In this document: piece after piece, positions 55,426 to 63,365 of the stretch
Layout of the letters: each line of letters starts with the position of its first letter
Position numbering within the stretch: position 1 is the first letter of the stretch
Source: Haliotis rubra
Taxonomy: Eukaryota
Assembly (NCBI RefSeq): GCF_003918875.1
Contig: NW_025766151.1
Coordinates: 1 to 63,365 of the forward strand
Direction: 5' to 3'
DNA: 63,365 nt
Program-made: the position numbers and the translations under genes
The notes under the pieces: generated by a model
What the model was told of the DNA's origin: nothing
The model's database searches: none
Seen by the model: the letters and a program-made list of their open reading frames with translations, nothing else

Positions 55426-57039
55426 ACTGGCAAGGTTCTGAAAGGTCTAACTTGAATGAAGATGTCTGCCAACGTGACAGTCGAATGTAAACGGTCAAAT
55501 TCAATAACAGAACCAAACCTTAGCTGTCCGGACCCAGGAGAGATACTAATCCAGTGCAGTGTGGGATAAGCTCGCTTTCAATTCCTATGTAAGTACTGAT
55601 TATCCAGGAAAGGTTAACTAACCTATAAACGAGTTTGAGACGTACGCCACGCACACACAACGTCGCGACAAGTAGGCTGTTAGAACTAAAGACGCCGAGA
55701 AAGCACAAATGTTCATTTTCAAATACATATATGTTTTGCACTATGATACAAAAAATATCCATGGTCCAAATTTCTGTATCTTCTCCCACCGTGAAGATCA
55801 GGGTTATAGAATTTATCTTCAGTAACCCATGTTTGTCGTAAGAGGCGACCAACGGGATCGGGTGGTCAAGCTCGCTGGACTTGGTTGACACATGTCATCA
55901 TATAGCTAGCTGGTGTGTAGATCGGATGTTCATGCTCTTGGTCATCAATGGATTGTCTGGTCCAGACTCGATTATTTGCTGGTATCTGCCATATAGCTGG
56001 AACATTGCAGAGTGCAGCATAAAAATCCACACCTACCTATCTGTATCTTCTCTGCACTGTTTTACAAAGAAACACGTGGAACAAATGGTATTATGGTCCG
56101 TTGTTTTTATTTTGTACAATATAGATCTATTACGGTAAAATATTTAACATTCGAAAAGTATTTTTGTTAGGACATAAAATGTGTACACATGTATTTCATA
56201 GAAAATTCTTCAATACAACATAACATTTGCATTTCAGGAAGTTAATAGAGCGAAAGAAACCACATAAATAAAGCATTGCTATCATACATAACATTTTATA
56301 TTTTGTCATTCTTTTCAAAGGTCCAAATTGTTGCTATTAGGTAAAATGTATATTTGGTAAGGATTCAACAAGAACGACATATGGAAAAATATAATACTTG
56401 GTATATATAACATGGTGCAAATATAATAACTTGGTTTATATAACACATGGTACAACATAATATTTGGTGTATATAACATATGATAAATATAATACTTGGC
56501 ATAAATCAAACTATTTTTTATCATCAAGAGGCAAAACTGATAATCTCAAGCAACATTTCAAGAGAAGTCTCTGATGTAACCAGGTAAATTCTATATTTGG
56601 TAACGATTCCAACGCTCACTGATCTCGTTATATGTTCTAAACCAGACCTAAACAAGGTTGAAAACGAGTGCCACGAGAACTACATATCCTATATATGATA
56701 CTCTGGTTCTACCTAAAGGGACCCTCCACCCATTATATTTATATCACACTTAGGCCAAAACAGATAAACCCAAGTGGCATTTTAAGTGGTGTCCTACCCC
56801 ATCTGTTTGAGTAGGTAGAATCTATCGCAGGCAGCACTTGGTGTACATCGTCATCATGAAAGTGCTACATGCCAGTTTGTATATAAAACGTCTTGGGAAA
56901 CAATTAATCAATTAATCTTCATTTCATACATACATGCTTCACAAGAGGTAAAATTCATCTCTCTAAATAGAGGGATCATCAAGACTGTTCAAGAGGGTCA
57001 AGTTCTCATATAATACATCAAGTTCCTTAAAAAGTTCAC

Positions 57040-57770
57040 ATAATGCAGAGATATCTACATCTAGAGCAAATTATACTTTAGGTCCCTTTACAACCACTCT
57101 AGATTTCCAACTTCAGAAGTCCCATTTCACACAGAAGAGGTCCAATTCTCATATAGTTCACATACTGGTGAAATATTCTACCGTTCAGGAGTAGATTATA
57201 TTTTGTGTCCCTTTACAACCACTCAGATAATCAACATGGTGGTAGTTCCATTATTAGTAGAAAGAGGTCCAGTTCCCTGCTATAGTCTTCACATGGTAAA
57301 ACATTCACAATCTAGAAGAGAGATAGTATTTTGTCCTTTCACAATCACTCTAGATTTCCAACAACATGAAATTCCATTACACAGAAAGAGGTCCAGTTCC
57401 TCATATAGTTCAATATAATGGTGGAAAAAAAGATCACATCTAGAAGAGATAGTATTTTGTGTCCTTTCGTACAATCACTGACTTCCAAATAATGGTAGTT
57501 CCACATGAAAGAGGTCCAGTTCCTCATAGTCTGCCATAATGGTGAAACATTCAGCATCTAGGAAGATAGTATTTTGTGTCCTTTCACAATCACCTAGGAT
57601 TTCCACAGATGGTGTCTCATTACACAGAAAAGACGGGGTCCAGTTCCCTCATATAGTTCACATAAATGCGAAATATCTACATCTAGAAGAGAAAAGCATT
57701 TTGTGTCCTTCACAATCACTCTAGATTTCAACATGCTAGGTTCCATTACACAGAAAGAGGTCCCAGCTTT
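57040..57770. repeat. Degenerate ~115-120-bp tandem repeat
   Basis: Recurrent catctagaagagatagtattttgtgtcctttcacaatcactctagatttcca...ttacacagaaagaggtccagttcc. Confidence 0.85.
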
Positions 57771-60700
57771 CAGCTCATCAGGCTGGATCACAGAATGTTG
57801 TCAAAAATCTTTTAGATTGTGTACATTATCACCATTCGTTGTGATCTTTAGTCGGGCTTTGTTTGAGAGTGATTTTCCCAGATCTACTGGTGCCTCCCCT
57901 GCCTGACCTGAACGCATACACCCTGGACGGCATCACGAGCCCACTCCTTCACCTCCGTCCCCCTTCCCTCCTGAGCGTTCTTTCTCCCCGGCCTTCTGGC
58001 CTCCTTCCTGCCCTTCTTCCCGCCCTCCTGCCTCTTCTTTAAAGGTCCTCGTAACAACTTCGCCTGTTGACGATCCCAGTGCCGACCTGTTTCTGTGACT
58101 TTGGCACCAGGAACTTTCCTTGACGACACGTGGAATCCATCGTCAGCCGCACTACGTGGTCTGGGTTAATGATGATCTGGCTCTCCCGAACTGTGTACAC
58201 CATGACCCCAACCTCCTCCTCCTCACTCTGGTGCACTGACTTCCCGATTGGTAGCCGAAGGGGCGTCAGCCTGAGAGAAGTGGGGTCGCCATCACTGGTA
58301 ATGCAGGGAGCGCATATACCTTCTTCTTCTTTATTCCAGTTTCTGAGACAATTTCCCGCTGTGGTCGACTGCCAAGAAAATAGTAGTCTTATCCCTGACC
58401 GTCGCTTTCTTTGTGGACTCGAACAGTTTTAAACCGAGAGAATTCAACTACTGAAACCATATTCCCACCGTTTGCGTCAATCCACGCGGCTATTGATACA
58501 CCCCATTCTCAGTGTTCAGTGGAAGATAACAGTCGTCGTATCATTGCGACATAGTGACATGGAACGCCAAACAAAGTATCCAATTGTGCCCAGCGCCACA
58601 TCAGTTGACTGCGCCATGGATGTCGTTCCATGCGAATGACTTTAGGTAATTTACGGGCGGCCGAAGTCTGTGAATGCCAAAATGGCAATGGCTGGCCAAT
58701 CACGACGTCGCCTCCTGAACGGATATGTAATTGCATGAGTCGCTTTTAAAAAGGTATACATGAATATATTACACCTACTTTTAAGACAAATGGTTAGTAT
58801 TCAATTAAAAATCAAGAATTCCAAAACATACACATCCAGTGCTTCATATATTACAGCCAGGAAATGGTGGCGTGCCTTTAACAATGCTAACAACGGGTAA
58901 TAATCATAGGTAAACTGAACAATCTGCAAATTGTGTTAGAATCCCACCCCACTTCAAACGCCACAGTACGTAAAAGATGTAGAGTACAAGCAATTCTAAT
59001 TATTACTGAAACAAATTATACATTTTACATATCTAACTACTCCATCTATTTATAAGTAAGTTTGAACTTCAATAGGGATATAAGGAAAGTTATCCCGTTT
59101 TATTAATTTACATTTCTATTGAAACTTATCAAACTTATTGAAGTTCATGTACCGTTAGGATATAGTTATACGCCCAATACTGATATGGTGTTCGTTTTGT
59201 CAAATGTAACAATGGCCAGAAAACAGAAATTCTTTATCAAGTCGTATTGGCTTCAGTTATTTTAATAGTTACCGAGATCCTATATGGTTCTTTTCGGGAT
59301 TGTCAGCTCATTAATGATATAGAGTGAATACTCTGATCACTGCTAACACTACGATACTAGACTTAAAATGACTGAAAATAGTGATCTCATGGCATTCAGT
59401 TGGATATCCGGTATCCAGTTGATATCCGACCAATATGTCATTGCATCACCTGTGAGTATGAATCTGTTGATGTCAATACGATATATTATAATATAGCAAT
59501 GACATACATACGTAATGTACGTACGTACGAGACATTTGTAAAATTGACTGCCTGAGAGTGTAGGAGATAGGGGCTTGTAACGCATAAAATCTTCCGAGTT
59601 GTCCCTTTAGCGTTATGTCCCTTAGGTAATGAATGCTAGAACTCCTCCCAGCGTAATCTCTTTGGTTACACACTCTGCACTGTGTAGGAGCTGTACCAGT
59701 TAATGTGTGTGCGTGCGTGAGTTACCAGCAAAGTTCTCTTTAATGTTAAGGAAATACTTATACACAGTTACTCAGTTATTTGAATCACTGACCCATTCTT
59801 CAGAGACTTTCCTACTCCTGCAAGCAGCAAGTGGGGCTTTTCCAATTCCCCACAAACTCCAAGGCATAAGAAACTAAATTCAGTAAAATTAGGCGATTTC
59901 TTTCAGAAAAACTCATTGCAGAAAAAAAATAAACACAGAAACAATTTGAAAATTTCAAATAATATACTCCAAAGAACCCAAGAATACTGACGACATTGTT
60001 GTACATTAAAATGAAAGAATCTTTAACTGTAAGTAAGGCCTCCTGACCCAGTGGACTAAAGAATGTTACAACTCCAAGAGAATGCAGAAAATAATAGTTT
60101 ATTACAATTAAATTGTTTTCATGTTGTAAAATGTCCTGGTACAAAATATAATATAAAACAATATCAATAAATGTTTAATCAATATCCAAAAATATTTTTA
60201 ACCATAAATAGAAATGTCATCACAGCAAGGCACGGAGCAATGAACATAATTGTATCATTATCACTCCAGTGTATTACATGTAGACCTGTGCATTGGAGTG
60301 GTGGGGAGAAAGGTCACTACTCCTCACAAGGGAACAAGTAGAACATAATAGTTTTTAAGTGCATGGTGTCTTGATATTTGCAAAGAAACTCTGCACTTAC
60401 AATCACAAGTCACAATAATACACATGGTGCTATCATACACCTGTGCATTGATTTATAATGGAAACGGAGTCTTGCAAGCCGCCTGGTACATATTGTAGTA
60501 AGTTATACATGGTGGTTACCAGCACCAGTGAGCACACCGACCACCCATTGTCAATATCGATGTAAACGTGACTTCGCGAAAACACATGTATATATATAGC
60601 AGTACAAAACAACAAAAGATCACCGTAAGTGTAGTGTTAGAGCCCCTACCTCGAAGTGCCTGGTCTGATCCCAGACCGCCATACCAAAAAGACGCTAAAT

Positions 60701-61369
60701 ATGGTAATTTGTTATCCCTGCCTGGCCGCATTAATGGGTACAAGGACTGGTTGGTCTGAGTCATAATGTGGTCTGAGTGGGGTGTCATGCTTCACCATGT
60801 ATGGTATCTCAGTATTAAAACGGTGTTCAGCTTCACCCTGGCTAGTACAAGCCGCATACACACACACAGCACGACGTCATTAAGGAGCTTAAAATATTCT
60901 CAAGCACTCCACATTAAAAAAAATTCCACCACCACAAAACAATTAAGTCTCCATCAGGTAAACCCATTACTGATAAGTATCAGGCACTATCAAGCATGTC
61001 TCCTCCCTATCCAGTCCTATCAGTCTTGGGTTGAAAGACCAGCATGGGCCAACGGACCCAAGTTGTTGCTGCTGCAATTTCAGAGGAACCCATGCTTGCC
61101 GGTGGTCAGGCTAGCCTATCTGGTGGACACACTTCATATATCCCATTCAAGCGTAGAGAACGTATGCCCATGCTGTTGATCAGTGATTTTCTGGTCTGGC
61201 CACTCCATTTCCTCCAGACCGGGTGCTATAAAGTTGAATATTGCCAGAGTGGTTTTCAAATAACAAAACAAACTAAAAAATCCCGGAGCACAGACCATCA
61301 GGATGATCATAGTCATATCACAGAATGCTCTCCTTACAAGTCACCACAACTTGTCAGCACACCCTTTTG

Positions 61370-63092
61370 AAAGTGGTAACCGTCCCTTTACATAAGATGA
61401 GACCGCCCAGGTTTCAAGTCATTGTCTGAGCCTTCCTTTTGCATGAAGCCTCGACCACGCTTTCCTCTGTTTCCTCAGTTTGTAGGCGAAGACCAGGGTT
61501 GGAACCAGTACCTAGACTTTGGTACAAATTTCACTTAGCCAATCCAATGTTCTTGCTTCAACTTGACCTTCAGGGTCACTGCTGAACATCCAAATATGTT
61601 CATTCCTGGTAGACAAAAAATTGGAAATGATGTTAGCATGAATACAAAGGTCATTATTGATTACCACGAATTATCCTTAGCTCTCAGACATAAGCTGTCT
61701 TGTAAAAGCATGTATTTTCTAATAATTATCCTGTTTGCATGACATCTGCATATACTGCTTGTATGACAACTGTCAGTATCGGACCCATGACGTAAACTGA
61801 TACTGCATGGATGACTACTGACAATAATGCATGACATCTGCATATACTGCTTGTATGACAACTGTCAGTTTCGGACCCATGACGTAAACTGATACTGCAT
61901 GGATGACTACTGACAATAACGCATGACATCTGCATATACTGCTTGTATGACAACTGTGAGAATCAGACCCATGACTTAAGCTTCTACTGCTTGTATGACA
62001 ACTGACAAATGAGAGCCCTTGACATCAGCTCAAGTTTCTTGAATGACAACTGACAGACCAAGACCTAAGGTGGTAAATGAAGCTCTGGTACATTCAATCC
62101 CATTCAATCCCATGACATAATTCACACTACTTACATTAAAGCCAACAGGGACCAATGAGTTTTGACTAAAACTAACACAAAAAATACTCACTTCTCATAG
62201 AATATCCATAATGACATAAATTCTCATAGTTCATCTTTCATGTGATTTCCTCCTCCACTCATGCTTGGGACTCCATAGGTCCTGCTTGTTGGCCAGAAGC
62301 AGAAAAGACAGTTTCCCTCAGCTCATCCTCCATCAACGCTTTCTTCACCTCATCAGCTATCTCGTCAAACTCTTTCCCGATCAGTGCTGTCTATGACCAA
62401 ACATCACAGCTGATGTCATATGGTAGTAGTAAATGAACGAAAGGACGGCAGGGAAATAGAAAATGTTTTGTTTGTTTTGTTGTTGGGCGCTTTTGCACTC
62501 AACCATTTTCCTACGCAATATGATGTCAGTTTACCTTAAATAACCTGGCGAATGGGGTAGCCTTGTGGTTAAAGCGTTGGCTGGAATCAAAAGCCAAAGG
62601 CCGTGTTCGATTCCCACATAGGTACATTATGTGAAGCCCATTTCTATTATTACGGCCATGATATTGCTGGAATATTATTGCCAAAAAGTGGCATAAGCCA
62701 AACTTACTAACCGACTGTGGTGCGTATGAGGGATGGGATGTGTGTGGTAGTGTGTAACTTTGGTGGTTATGGCAATTGATTCCCCACATGGGTACAGTGT
62801 GTGAAGCACAGTTCTGCAATTGTTCCATGTCGTGATATTGCTGGAATATTGCCCAAGGTGGTATAAAGCCATACTCACCTACCCAATAATGGTTGGGATG
62901 ACCCAATCTTCATTTACTTGACTTGACTCTTTGATGAGTCAAAACCTTTAAAAGTATTTAAATTGTAAATGGCTGTGTAAAACACCAAACCGTCAAGTCG
63001 GCTTGTTAAACTACTCACCTGTTTATCCCTCTCCAGAGCATCCCATGCAAAAATACTGATATTTTTATGTGTAAATCGCTCAACATTGAAGC
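61370..63092 (-). pseudogene. ARF-like small GTPase, copy D (exons 3-5; 5' exons beyond the right edge; many indels)
   Basis: Exon 63019-63092 (GFNVERFTHKNISIFAWDALERDKQ; 74 nt like its paralogs), ~62192-62447 (YYYHMTSAV..VIDSTDRE..LANKQDL, frameshifted) and last exon from 61605 (MNIFGCSAVT...LDWLSE). The 3' end is uncertain. Confidence 0.75.
61736..62050. repeat. Tandem repeat, 92-bp unit (dimer of ~46-bp subunits), in the last intron of ARF-like copy D
   Basis: tgcatgacatctgcatatactgcttgtatgacaactgtcag... recurs at 61736, 61828 and 61920. Confidence 0.9.
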
Positions 63093-63365
63093 CTGGAAGC
63101 ATAAAACACGGTGTATGAATTTTCATGGTAACATCGCTAGTTCTTAAGATAATAAGGAAATACACCATCATTACTCATCATAATGATACCAAGGCACAAC
63201 CTACAGCCAGGACCCGTGAATTCCGGCAGAATGGGTCGAAGAGGCTTAATTATGGATCGGTGGTCAGCTTCATTGACCTGGTTGACATGTCATCGGTTCC
63301 CAATTAAGAAAGACTGATTGATTGTTCAATTGACGATAATGAAGATTGACCAATTGAATACTGAT

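Overview
Eukaryotic (invertebrate) genomic DNA, AT-rich and intron-rich. The SINE repertoire and gene types suggest a mollusc, possibly a gastropod such as abalone; this is inference. Genes from left to right: (1) the 5' part of a minus-strand multi-exon gene with N-terminal RRM-like repeats resembling PARP14/PARP10-family N-termini, running off the left edge; (2) LYAR on the + strand, 6 coding exons, head-to-head with gene 1; (3) an alpha-1,3-fucosyltransferase (GT10) on the - strand; (4) a single-exon, short, multi-cysteine-cluster Toll-like receptor on the - strand; (5) a tandem array of at least four divergent ARF-like small GTPase genes on the - strand with the same 5-coding-exon structure. 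All four ARF-like copies have Arg at the position of the catalytic Gln71. Three carry a ~45-aa C-terminal extension with a shared WSxxTY[MV]xG motif. The only fully intact copy has lost the switch I and switch II consensus and looks like a pseudo-GTPase. The intergenic and intronic DNA holds an L1/Tx1 LINE, L2/CR1-group and Rex1/Babar fragments, a Tc1 element, several MITEs with clear TIRs and TSDs, three SINE families, satellites and a perfect 43-bp hairpin. Single-base indels, often in homopolymers, break even LYAR and become dense near both window ends, so many frameshifts may be assembly errors. Gene models were assembled by eye and no database searches were run.
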